Shown: piece after piece, positions 26,987 to 36,158 of the stretch
How positions within the stretch are numbered: the first letter of the stretch is position 1
Layout: each line of letters starts with the position of its first letter
Assembly: GCA_050013755.1 (NCBI GenBank)
Contig: JBEKER010000005.1
Location: forward strand, 864 to 64,863
DNA: 64,000 nucleotides
Source: Halobacteriota archaeon
GTDB lineage: Archaea > Halobacteriota > Bog-38 > Methanoflorentales > Methanoflorentaceae
Reading direction: 5' to 3'
Notes under the pieces: model-generated
Told to the model about the DNA's origin: nothing
Seen by the model: the letters and a program-made list of their open reading frames with translations, nothing else
The model's database searches: none
Position numbers and translations under genes: made by a program

Positions 26987-28522
26987 CTATTTGATCTGTC
27001 TCGGCAGAAACAGAGCGATAACAAACCCAAGGAGCAATATGAGAGCTAGTGAGACAAAGGTGAGGTGCATTGCCGAGCTGATCGTACTATCGACGATGCG
27101 CTGCGCTTCAGGAATGAGACTCTGGGGGATGCTCGGCGGCGCGCTCGTCTGCATATTTTGGGTGTAGGCGTACAGATTCTGTTGTATCTGTTCTTGAGTC
27201 GTCGTGTTACTAACCAGCGTGGAGGTGCTGATCCCTGCAACGAGCCCGTCGAAGACTCCCACGAGAAGTATAGCGCCGACAAGCGCTGTGCCCACAGAGT
27301 AGCCTAAGTTCTTCGCTGTGTTAAGAAATCCTGATGCATCGATCTCTTGGTCTTTTCGCACCGCGGACATGGTGAGATTGGTTAACTGAGACAGCAACAA
27401 CCCCACTCCGAGACCGAATATCACCGTGCCGGGGATGATGTCAACAATCTGAGTGCTCTGGCTAAACACGTTGCTCAAAAGGTACGCGCCTGCAGCGGAA
27501 ATCAGAAATGCGACGAGGATTACTATCTTGGGTGGCACGATAGATGAGAGTCTGCCCCCGGTGAGCGATAGCACGAAAATTGCGACCGACATGGGGAGCA
27601 AGGCGACGCCTGTCATGAAGGCACTCACGCGAGTGACTTGCAGCAGAAATACAGGGAGGATGAACAGTACGCCGCCGAACGCGATCTGCTGAATTGCACT
27701 AGCTGCGTTGCCCAAGACATAGAGTCGGTTTTTTAGCACTGAGATGTCGAGTAACGGCTCCACGTGGTGGCTTATGCGCCGCCTCTGCCAAAGGAGGAAG
27801 GCGGCGAAAACGATGAGGCCAACCACTATGAACAAGGGCACGAGTTGCCAGTACTGGGGAGAACCCAGGAGCAAAATGCCAAATACGAGAGAGAACAGCG
27901 CGGCAACTGAGAGCACAACGCCTCCGAGATCTATGTCACGCCACGCAAGATGTGGCTTTGACTCGCGTAGGTACGATCTCATCACGATTACGGCGAGGAC
28001 ACCGAACAGTTCGAACGCGAAGATCAATCGCCACGTGGCAAAGGACGTGAGAGCCCCCCCATAGAGGGGGCCTATTGCAGCCCCCAGAGCGGCGATGCCC
28101 CCCCAGATGCCAAATGCCGTCAGTCGGTCTTTACCTTCGTACGCTGCACTTACCATGGTCGTCGTCGCGGGTAACATCAGGGCGGCACCGATGCCTTCGA
28201 GAAGTGACCAGCCGATGAGGAGCATAATGACGTTAACGCTCAAGGTGGCTGTAGTTGTGCCGATGCCGTACACGATGACGCCGATGAGGAAGGTCTTCTT
28301 CCTCCCCAAAACGTCCTGCAGCTTGCTTCCGGCAAGCATCAGCGACGCCATGGTGAGGGCATATATGGCGATCAAGGCCTGGATAGTGCTCAAATCGGTG
28401 TGTAAGTCTACGACCACAGCCGATATGGCCACGTTCATGGCGGAGCTATCGAGAACGATGATGAAGATGGCTATGCAGGAAACTAAAACGACCCCCCATT
28501 TGAACTGTGGCTTCTCTTCCAT
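26987..28522 (-). CDS. MFS transporter, DHA2 family (14 TMS)
   Basis: Multi-TM ORF. ATG 28522 (MEEKPQFKWGVVLV...) is preferred over the track start 28672. LQDVLGRKKTF is an MFS motif. Confidence 0.85.
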   Translation of the reverse strand: MEEKPQFKWGVVLVSCIAIFIIVLDSSAMNVAISAVVVDLHTDLSTIQALIAIYALTMASLMLAGSKLQDVLGRKKTFLIGVIVYGIGTTTATLSVNVIMLLIGWSLLEGIGAALMLPATTTMVSAAYEGKDRLTAFGIWGGIAALGAAIGPLYGGALTSFATWRLIFAFELFGVLAVIVMRSYLRESKPHLAWRDIDLGGVVLSVAALFSLVFGILLLGSPQYWQLVPLFIVVGLIVFAAFLLWQRRRISHHVEPLLDISVLKNRLYVLGNAASAIQQIAFGGVLFILPVFLLQVTRVSAFMTGVALLPMSVAIFVLSLTGGRLSSIVPPKIVILVAFLISAAGAYLLSNVFSQSTQIVDIIPGTVIFGLGVGLLLSQLTNLTMSAVRKDQEIDASGFLNTAKNLGYSVGTALVGAILLVGVFDGLVAGISTSTLVSNTTTQEQIQQNLYAYTQNMQTSAPPSIPQSLIPEAQRIVDSTISSAMHLTFVSLALILLLGFVIALFLPRQIK

Positions 28523-29050
28523 CGAAACACCGCGGAAAAATCTATCTAACCATGTACCACGCGCGCTTAAGAATCCCTGAGAAACACCAACCAAGCGCAG
28601 CTGGTCGATTCCGTATGTTATAGCGGTTTTCCGATTTATCTCTAACGGTTTTATCCGCGTTAATACTCGCAAAATAGGCTAAAAAGAGATGATACATTAT
28701 CCTCTCTCTTTTTTTTCTGTAACCCCAACGAGTGCGACAAGAAAGGACGAATTACGCAAGCGTGCACTCCGATCAAGCCGTAAAACAGTAAAAAGCAGTT
28801 TTCGTGTCACACCCTCAGTCGAGTTTGCGTGATAAAGTAGCATGTCGCTGAAACAAAGTTAGACAATACGTCCCACAATCCAGTACCCCCGATGTGAACG
28901 TCTTAAGCAGGACCTAAATTATGTCCTTTAGAAGGCTAATGCACGCCTAGAAGGCAATCTTTAAGTAACTTGTGCTGCGATCCACTTCCGCGTAGGTAGG
29001 TTCCGGCAACCCATTTGGGCGACGCTGCGGTTAAAGACTCAAGGACTATC

Positions 29051-30310
29051 ATGTTCGAAATAGAGTTCGCCATTTTCGCCGCCATTGTTTTTGTTTTCGC
29101 GCTCGTCTCTCGTCGCGTTGAGAGACTCAACGTGACGGCGCCCATGGCATTCATCGCTGCGGGCATGTTGTTCGGCGCCGCTCACCTAATCAACGCGTCG
29201 CTCAATAATGAGCTCCTGCTGCTTGTCGGAAGCATCGCGCTTGTGCTGGTCCTGTTCACCGATGCATCGCGTATCAACATTTCGTTATTCCGGGTAAATG
29301 CGGCGTTGCCTGGCCGGCTGCTTATTATCGGTCTGCCGCTGACGATCGCGGTTGGCGCGGTCATCGCAGCCCTCCTGTTTACGAACCTCACGATTTGGCA
29401 AGCTGCAATCATAGGCGCCGTTCTCGCTCCGACGGACGCGGGTCTGGGACAAGCGATCGTAACCAGCGAACGAGTGCCCGTTCGCATTCGAGAGGCACTC
29501 AACGTCGAAAGCGGCCTGAACGATGGTGGGTCGGTGCCCTTTCTTCTAGTATTCCTCGCTCTCGCGGCGATTCAGGAAGGCGTAGAGCCCCCAAGCTTCT
29601 GGATAGTCGCTGTGGAGCAGATAGGCATTGGCGTGGCCGTCGGCCTTCTCGTCGGAATCGCTGGCGGGTGGCTGATCAGAAGCGCCACGCGACGTGGCTG
29701 GATGACCAGGACGTTTAAGCGCCTGAGTTTCCTAGCGCTCGCCGTTCTCGCCTGGGGTGTCGCGGGGCCGATCGGCGGCAGCGGCTTTATTGCAGCCTTT
29801 GTTGGAGGGTTTGCCACGGGAGCGACAGTCGGCGAGGTCGAAGAGGTGGCCACCGACTTTAGCGAAGCTGAGGGAGAGCTTCTCCTTTTAGCGGTCTTTT
29901 TCCTCGTCGGCGTTGTCGCAACTTCGCTGCTGGGAACCCTTGACTGGACGATCGTGCTTTACGCGATTCTCAGCCTGACGATTATCCGCATGCTGCCTGT
30001 AGCGATTTCTCTTATTCGCACGAAGCTGCGACGCAGTTCCGTGCTGTTTCTTGGCTGGTTCGGACCGCGCGGCCTCGCATCTATCGTACTCATGCTGGTC
30101 GCCTTGGAGGAGCCCGCACTCGCTCCTCTCGCGCCACAGATCGCGGCAATCGTCCTCGTGACCGTGATTCTCAGCGTTTTCGCGCACGGCGTTTCGGCCC
30201 GACCTGGCGCAGCCCTTTATGCGCGTAAGGTGGCTGCAATGGATTCCGATGCGCCAGAACTGCGTGCCGTTTCACAACTCCCGGCTCGTAAAAGGAGAGT
30301 AGGCAAATAA
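29051..30310 (+). CDS. cation:proton antiporter (CPA1, NhaP-type Na+/H+ exchanger)
   Basis: Multi-TM. GAVLAPTDAGLG aligns with the NhaP A-T-D motif region; ESGLNDG; WFGPRGLASIVL. Confidence 0.8.
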   Translation: MFEIEFAIFAAIVFVFALVSRRVERLNVTAPMAFIAAGMLFGAAHLINASLNNELLLLVGSIALVLVLFTDASRINISLFRVNAALPGRLLIIGLPLTIAVGAVIAALLFTNLTIWQAAIIGAVLAPTDAGLGQAIVTSERVPVRIREALNVESGLNDGGSVPFLLVFLALAAIQEGVEPPSFWIVAVEQIGIGVAVGLLVGIAGGWLIRSATRRGWMTRTFKRLSFLALAVLAWGVAGPIGGSGFIAAFVGGFATGATVGEVEEVATDFSEAEGELLLLAVFFLVGVVATSLLGTLDWTIVLYAILSLTIIRMLPVAISLIRTKLRRSSVLFLGWFGPRGLASIVLMLVALEEPALAPLAPQIAAIVLVTVILSVFAHGVSARPGAALYARKVAAMDSDAPELRAVSQLPARKRRVGK

Positions 30311-30666
30311 AAACAGCGTCAACGCGAGCCCGCAAGCTCACGCGCGACGAACGCTTGGTCATGCAGCTGCACCAAGATTCTAAGGCGCCTCGCGAGTGAA
30401 CACTCAAGCAACAGACAGATCGGAGGGCTCACGATCCAAGTGCTCCCTGAACCGGCGAGACTCCCGTCCTCTAAAGAACCTGCGGCTTAGTGTCCTCGTT
30501 GCTAAACGTCGCCCCTTTTTTCAGGGACAGATGAAACCAGCCAATCGGGGACACTGGCGGTCGTGCGCGTGCGCAAAACGTGTCCTGCGGAATCAGAACG
30601 ATCAGACTAAATACTTTCTGAAAAGTGTCTATAGCGACGTTTCAACAAACGGGAGGTGAAAATCAA

Positions 30667-31179
30667 ATGGCTGAAGAAAAATCTTCAATGTGGCTACGTA
30701 TAACAGAGATCATCATCGGTCTAATCGTGCTTGTGCTGGGTGGCTACGTAATTGCGTATCCAGGAGTAGCGGCAGCGACTCTCATAGGATTCCTTGCAGT
30801 AGGGCTCCTCATTTTAAGCTTTGTAGAATTCGCCCGGATTTTTTCAGAAGGCATCTCAGGATGGCAGCGACTTCTACGGTTGATTCTATCAGTGATCGTA
30901 TTTCTACTTGCAATAGCAATACTCATCGCCCCGCTCTTTTATGGAGGATTAACCCTCGCGTGGCTGGTAGGACTGGCGTTGATCTTTATGGGATTCGTGG
31001 CCATCGCACGCGCCACTCCGGGGATGATAGTAGTCGGCATCATCGCAGTTATAGTCGGCTTTGTCGTGTTTGTATATCCTCCGCTCGGCGTAGCCACTGC
31101 AGTACTTTTGCTGGCGCTAGCTCTGATCATATTCGGTTTAGAGTTGATAGTATCAGGCCTCTTGGGAAGATGGGTATAA
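30667..31179 (+). CDS. hdeD: HdeD/DUF308-family membrane protein, copy 1
   Basis: 170 aa, 6 TM, DUF308 repeat pattern (IIGLIVLVLGGYVIAYPGVAAATL...). GGGAGGTG lies 8 nt upstream. Close paralogue of 57900..58415. Confidence 0.75.
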   Translation: MAEEKSSMWLRITEIIIGLIVLVLGGYVIAYPGVAAATLIGFLAVGLLILSFVEFARIFSEGISGWQRLLRLILSVIVFLLAIAILIAPLFYGGLTLAWLVGLALIFMGFVAIARATPGMIVVGIIAVIVGFVVFVYPPLGVATAVLLLALALIIFGLELIVSGLLGRWV

Positions 31180-31194
31180 CCCCTTCTCTCCTTC

Positions 31195-31201
31195 TTTTTT
31201 T
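31195..31201 (+). terminator. oligo-T tract after hdeD copy 1
   Basis: T7 run 16 nt after the stop codon. Archaeal intrinsic terminators are oligo-T tracts. Confidence 0.4.
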
Positions 31202-31542
31202 GTGTGGTTAAGGCTCCGATACAACAGTTGTTTGAAGGAGCGCAGAATTATTTGAGCTCATCGTGCACCATGAGTGGGCATGCCAATGTGTGTCTGCCCC
31301 AGCGGTAGCAGAGGTTTACCCGTGTAGATTGGGGATCCAATGACGATAAGATCGTTATTTAGGCTCTCGAGTGCTGAACACTGATTGGCAAAAGTCCAAA
31401 TGGCAAGATGCGAACATTGAACGAGAGAGGTGCGAATTTTCCCAGGGTTGTCGTGGGCAATGCATCAAAAAAAGAAAAAATAGCTTATTGAAACGGTTTG
31501 CTTTATGTCGCTGCCGCTGTTTTGAGGGCGTCTGTACACCCT

Positions 31543-31671
31543 CTATTTGCGTCTGTGATGTACTGCAACCGCCGCTCCCTTGTGTTCTATGACATCATTA
31601 TCCTTCTTGTCATCATCCTTCTTCTCTCTGTGATGATGAACGGCTGCGGCTTTTCCCACTGGTCCTACCAA
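31543..31671 (-). CDS. candidate 42-aa His/Lys/Asp-rich small protein
   Basis: GGGAGGTGAAAAAC precedes TTG 31671, the same SD context as the hdeD paralogues. It encodes (M)VGPVGKAAAVHHHREKKDDDKKDNDVIEHKGAAVAVHHRRK. Below the ORF-track size cutoff. Speculative. Confidence 0.25.
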   Translation of the reverse strand: MVGPVGKAAAVHHHREKKDDDKKDNDVIEHKGAAVAVHHRRK

Positions 31672-32054
31672 GTTTTTCACCTCCCTTATCTACGTGGTAA
31701 TTGGCGATGCGCTTTTGCAGCTACCGCTTCGCCTCTCTTTGTTGTGCGGTTATGTGCTTCAACTATTTATTTCAATGCCACTGTGCTCGCACGCCAAAGT
31801 CCCTAAAGTCGTTTTGTGCGTAGGCCGTCGCTGCTGCCTTGCTGCTATCGAAAGATTTTCCATCCTTGCCACATGATTTTGTGGTTTTGTGGTCTTGAGG
31901 TTGACAGGGCTCAGCGCAAGAAATTTTTGGTTTTATAAGCCACGATGAGAGGTCCGGCGATGCAGCCTATAATCGTCGGGGAAGATATTTTAAATGGAAT
32001 CCACCAGTTACCTTATGGCGTCCTTTTCGTAGAGGCGCATACTGAGGGAGCATT

Positions 32055-32498
32055 ATGACACAAGGAAAGGTGATGGGTCCGGTGGACTACCTGATGGTTA
32101 GGTTTCCCGGGAGCAAGTTCAGCGGCAAGGCCGCCCCTGAGCTGTTGAAACTCGAAAAAAATGGCATCATCCGGGTGATCGATATGGTTTTCATTATGAA
32201 GGACGCAAACGGGAAACTGGTAACATCCGAGGCAGTCGACCTGACAGAAGAAGCGCGAGCTGCGTTCAAAGAATTGTCAAAGAATACCCGTGAATGGTTC
32301 TCACAAGGCGATATAGAAGAGATCGCCGCATCGTTGCCCAACAACAGCACGGCTGGCCTTCTCCTGTTCGAGAACGTTTGGGCTACCCAGTTCAAGGAAG
32401 ACCTCCTTGAAATGAATGCCGAGGTGATCGACATGGGTCGGATCCCCCCGGAAAATATCGAGAAGGTAGAGAAAGACTTGGCAAAAAGAGGTGATTGA
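32055..32498 (+). CDS. DUF6325-like small soluble protein
   Basis: MGPVDYLMVRFPGSKFSGKAAPELLKLEKNGIIRVIDMVFIMKDANGKL...AGLLLFENVWA resembles the family usually found next to SHOCT proteins. The family label is from memory. Confidence 0.6.
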   Translation: MTQGKVMGPVDYLMVRFPGSKFSGKAAPELLKLEKNGIIRVIDMVFIMKDANGKLVTSEAVDLTEEARAAFKELSKNTREWFSQGDIEEIAASLPNNSTAGLLLFENVWATQFKEDLLEMNAEVIDMGRIPPENIEKVEKDLAKRGD

Positions 32499-32501
32499 AC
32501 G

Positions 32502-32753
32502 ATGAGAGGAAGAGGAGTAGCACTTGTTGCGGGAGCGAGAATGGGACAACGGAGGGCCGAGGAGGCGGCCGCACAACAGCAGGCTGCGGCACCAGCTGCG
32601 GCACCAGCTGCGGCACCAGCTGCGGCACCAGCTGCGGCACCAGCCAGTACCGATGTCACTGCCGAGATACAGAAACTGGCAGCTCTCCACAATTCAGGTG
32701 CACTAACGGACGAAGAGTTCACCGCGACGAAGAAGAAGCTCCTGGGATTATAG
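32502..32753 (+). CDS. SHOCT-domain protein with (AAAP)5 linker
   Basis: The start is 4 nt after the previous stop, with GAGGTGAT upstream. The C-terminal EIQKLAALHNSGALTDEEFTATKKKLLGL is the SHOCT motif. Confidence 0.75.
   Translation: MRGRGVALVAGARMGQRRAEEAAAQQQAAAPAAAPAAAPAAAPAAAPASTDVTAEIQKLAALHNSGALTDEEFTATKKKLLGL
32583..32642 (+). repeat. perfect 5 x 12-bp tandem repeat (gctgcggcacca)
   Basis: Read directly. It encodes the AAAP repeats inside the SHOCT gene. Confidence 0.95.
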
Positions 32754-32794
32754 GGGCATCTTCCCCTTTTCTATTTCTTCCAATAACATTTCGC

Positions 32795-32983
32795 GATCAA
32801 ATCGAGCGCTTAGCAGATCTGACTAGCCGCGGTATTCTCCCAAACGAGGAGTTTGAAGCGAAGAAGAAACAGATTCTCGGCCTCGAGGCGAGTACGAGGG
32901 GTGTTAGACTAGCGCTTAAGCTGGCAGCTGCCCGCCGCATTCCCATTTTTTTTCTTTTATTGTTTTCAAACGGCTGCTACTAG
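32795..32983 (+). pseudogene. orphan second SHOCT module without a start codon
   Basis: In a different frame from 32502..32753, DQIERLADLTSRGILPNEEFEAKKKQILGL is a second SHOCT motif. There is no in-frame ATG/GTG/TTG between the upstream gene and the motif. Confidence 0.45.
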
Positions 32984-33154
32984 CGCACGCTCGCGGCATG
33001 CTCCGGCTCTACCAGCGCTCTCGGACCTACATAGTCCCGCTCGTGCGCCAGCCCTAGAAACAAATCAAAAAATTGATATAAAAGCGCGTGGTCTGAAAAG
33101 TCGACTACGGCGCAGATGCGCTTTGAGCTGCGCAACTGATTAAGCAATCGAGCC

Positions 33155-34255
33155 ATGGTTGACCTTTCGTTTTTAGAAAAAAGGCGCAGCAGCCTCCCGT
33201 TCTATCTTGTTGCTATCGCGATCACGCTCTTTCTTTTGTACATGGTCTGGCCGTGGAAGTACCCCTTGATATTGACCCTCTGGGGTGGGTACGTCCTGTG
33301 GTGGCCAACGGTGTGGCTTGAAAAGTACATTCACCGGCGCTACTTAGCAGCCCTTATCGTTCTCATTGTCACTGGTGTTGTCCTGGCGCTGGCTCTCGTC
33401 AGCGTAACCGTCATCGTCGCGCTGCAACTCGCACAAATCGCTTCGTCAGCGTCAGCGTCGAACGCATCCATTAACACAGGGCTTACAAGCTCCTTCAATC
33501 TCATCCCCGGCCTCGCAAAAGCTGGGCCCATCGCCGCACTCATCTCAGCTCTTGCGACCAGCGGTGGCGGCATCACATCCACGTTTATTCAAACGGCACG
33601 AGACGTTGTCCGACAAGTTTTGGTCAGCATCCCCGTGTTGTTGCTGCAGCTCATTATCGTCTTTTTCCTGCTACTTGGTATCCTTGGTAAGGGCGACACC
33701 ATCGTCAACGAGTTCAAGGGCGCCGTTCCACTGAAATATCGGTCGATCACCAATCGATTCTTGGACCATCTCAACCCGATCTACTACAGCTTCTTCGTCA
33801 TATACTTCGCCGTGGCCATCATTTGCGGCATACTCGCCGCCATCATCTACGGATTACTAGGCGTGCCGTTTTTCGCCACATTCGCAGTCTTCATCGTTTT
33901 CGTGGGGCTCATTCCTTCCATCGGACGTGCCCTCATTTACGTCCCTCTCGCGCTTTGGCTCATCATTCAAGGGAATGCGATCACCGGGCTTATCGTGCTT
34001 ATCATTAGCATCGTTCTCTTTGAAGGGATCCTTCGATATACCATCCAGCCTAGATGGATGGAACGAACAGGTAGGGTGCCGCGCCCGCTTACGCTCATCG
34101 CGTTCACGTTCGCTCTGGTGGCGTTCGGCGTCGTTGGATTCGCGATCGGGCCTGCAATCGTCGGGTTCGCGCTCGCCATGTGGAGAACGTGGAAGGACAT
34201 CCAAAAAGAGCAGGAAGAACAGGCATCTGCCGTCGCACAGGCGAGCGGGTCGTAA
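33155..34255 (+). CDS. AI-2E family transporter (PerM/UPF0118), copy 1
   Basis: 366 aa, ~8 TM, with C-terminal-half architecture typical of AI-2E (IPSIGRALIYVPLALWL...GILRYTIQPRWM). Confidence 0.75.
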   Translation: MVDLSFLEKRRSSLPFYLVAIAITLFLLYMVWPWKYPLILTLWGGYVLWWPTVWLEKYIHRRYLAALIVLIVTGVVLALALVSVTVIVALQLAQIASSASASNASINTGLTSSFNLIPGLAKAGPIAALISALATSGGGITSTFIQTARDVVRQVLVSIPVLLLQLIIVFFLLLGILGKGDTIVNEFKGAVPLKYRSITNRFLDHLNPIYYSFFVIYFAVAIICGILAAIIYGLLGVPFFATFAVFIVFVGLIPSIGRALIYVPLALWLIIQGNAITGLIVLIISIVLFEGILRYTIQPRWMERTGRVPRPLTLIAFTFALVAFGVVGFAIGPAIVGFALAMWRTWKDIQKEQEEQASAVAQASGS

Positions 34256-34264
34256 AAAACGCTC

Positions 34265-34272
34265 TTTTTTTT
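34265..34272 (+). terminator. oligo-T tract after AI-2E copy 1
   Basis: T8 run 10 nt after the stop, flanked by A6 runs. Confidence 0.4.
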
Positions 34273-34874
34273 AAAAAAGCAATCCCAGCTACGAGGAATG
34301 AGGCTACTTCTCCAAGTCTGCAGGCGGCTCACGTTCATCCGTTCAGTTCACTCTTGCTGCTCACGCGCGGCTTCGTTTTTTCTTCCATTCTTTCGACCGC
34401 TAGCAGCTTTGGTTAACAAACGTATTTCGCCCTCACAATGAATGCATGCTTTAGCCGCGTATCGCGCCGGAAAACGCATCCCGACGCTTTGGCGCGCGTT
34501 GCTGCCACGTGATCCGCTGATCAAATGTCGAAACAGGGGCTCATCGACGCTCTGGAAAAGCTCGGGATTGAACCGCCAGAAGACGAGGGCGAAGAAAAAA
34601 AGCAGGACTACAAAGCTGAACTCGAAGCTTAGCTGATCGCACAATCGAGGCATTGTCACTGACGGGATTTTAAAGCAAAGGAGAAACAGATTTTTGGCGT
34701 CTCGGTGAGCGTGGCGGGTGTTTTGGCCCTCGTGTACGGCAGATTGCAGAAGCGCGTCGCACGACAAGACAACAAACCTGTTCAAAAGTTCGTGCCGCCC
34801 TGCAAAACAGCACAGGACACTGGCTACCAAAAAACAAGCCGATTTGAAGCTAGGAACCTCAGATGATTCTCTTG

Positions 34875-35648
34875 TCAATCGGAATTGGACATGGTGCGTT
34901 CTGGCAGCAGCAGTATGGCGCCTAAGAGGAAGCACAGCCCGCCAACAAACGTGCCTAAGTTCACCAGCACTATGTTTCGCGGCAGGCCTGTTGTCGGCAC
35001 TACGAACGACGCAACCGCCGAGACGCCGAATGCGACGGAACCGACCAAGTTCAGTGCCGTGATCCACCAGGGCAGGCTCCGCAACCGCCAGCAGGCAAAG
35101 GCGCGACACACCTCAAACCACGCGAGCCCACTCGCCACGAGAAAGCACACAGAACCAAGCGCGTCGGGGGCCCAAACGAGACGGTTGAGTTGATGGACTG
35201 AGAGGTCCACACTCAAAGCGTGGAACGTCGTAACGTTGAAAAACAAGGTGCCTACGAGCTGCACGAGCGTCGACCACCAGTCAATTCGTCGCGGCTCTAA
35301 CGTGAACAGGCGAAATCTCTGTCGAAAATTGGCTCCTGGAGGGCTCTGGTCGATGTTTACGACCTCCAAGTATTGTAGGAACGCTGCGCTCGTAAACCAC
35401 AGAGAGCCAACAAAAAAGGTAATTGCGTCGGCATCGCCCCCGACAGCAGAGAGGTATCCGGGCAACGCGCCAAGTGCGAAGCACGTTGCGCCAACGGCAA
35501 ATAGGATGCCAATCCACCAGCCAATCGCACTGGGCGCCCACCACGTTGAGCCGCGACCGGCGTTTAGGCGCGAGTGGCGCTTGCGGAGCGCTCGTGACGT
35601 CAATGTGACGAGGCCGTTGCCCGTCTGCTTGAAGCTCGCACGCGTCAT
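34875..35648 (-). CDS. integral membrane protein (possibly YrhK-like repeats)
   Basis: 257 aa, ~6 TM, with an internal two-fold pattern (WWIGILFAVGATCFALGA / WWITALNLVGSVAFGVSA). The family label is tentative. Confidence 0.6.
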   Translation of the reverse strand: MTRASFKQTGNGLVTLTSRALRKRHSRLNAGRGSTWWAPSAIGWWIGILFAVGATCFALGALPGYLSAVGGDADAITFFVGSLWFTSAAFLQYLEVVNIDQSPPGANFRQRFRLFTLEPRRIDWWSTLVQLVGTLFFNVTTFHALSVDLSVHQLNRLVWAPDALGSVCFLVASGLAWFEVCRAFACWRLRSLPWWITALNLVGSVAFGVSAVASFVVPTTGLPRNIVLVNLGTFVGGLCFLLGAILLLPERTMSNSD

Positions 35649-36158
35649 AAACGACCCTCACCCGCCATCAGATTTACGCTACCGGAGGGCAGCACAATCG
35701 AATCCGAGAGATTCTCGGGCCCTACGAATTGCATCATCACGCGTCTTTTCGATCAGATTGCCATACTAAGCCCGCTAGATTCTAGTGCCAACGAGCAGAG
35801 CTTTGCCGAAAGCACTCTCGCACCGTCGAATATTCTGTTAACCGTAGGTCGCTTCGAATGACCGTAACCGATAACTAGCTATTCTTTCTCGCCTGCACAG
35901 AGCGCGAGCCTCATCAATTGTTCAAATTGTAGATCCTTTCGAGGGTTTGCCGTGAAGGGCTTCCTATCCGTCGCGCTCGGTTGGTGCCCAAAATACTTTA
36001 AGAAGTAAAACGGTTTCGTTTTTTTGTCGGAAGCGGTCAAGAAGTAATTGAGTAAGCCCGACACTTGACTGAAGAACTTAGAAAAATCCTAATTCTAACA
36101 AAGAGGGGCACCCCTAAAAGATTCGAACCGTTTTGAATTACAAGAAAAGGCGATTTTT

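Noticed and set aside
34348-34653. Mutually antisense small ORFs: minus 101 aa (34348..34653) and plus 35 aa acidic (34525..34632)
   Set aside because: Neither has an SD, a TATA context or a recognisable motif. The hydrophobic segment of the minus ORF is simply the antisense of a Lys/Glu-rich A-tract. The evidence is insufficient to choose either one.
36100-36158. tRNA-like fragment (gattcgaacc) and a general search for tRNA/rRNA
   Set aside because: No GGTTCGAATCC-type T-arm with a matching acceptor stem is present here or in any other intergenic region I read. No rRNA-like conserved blocks were seen.
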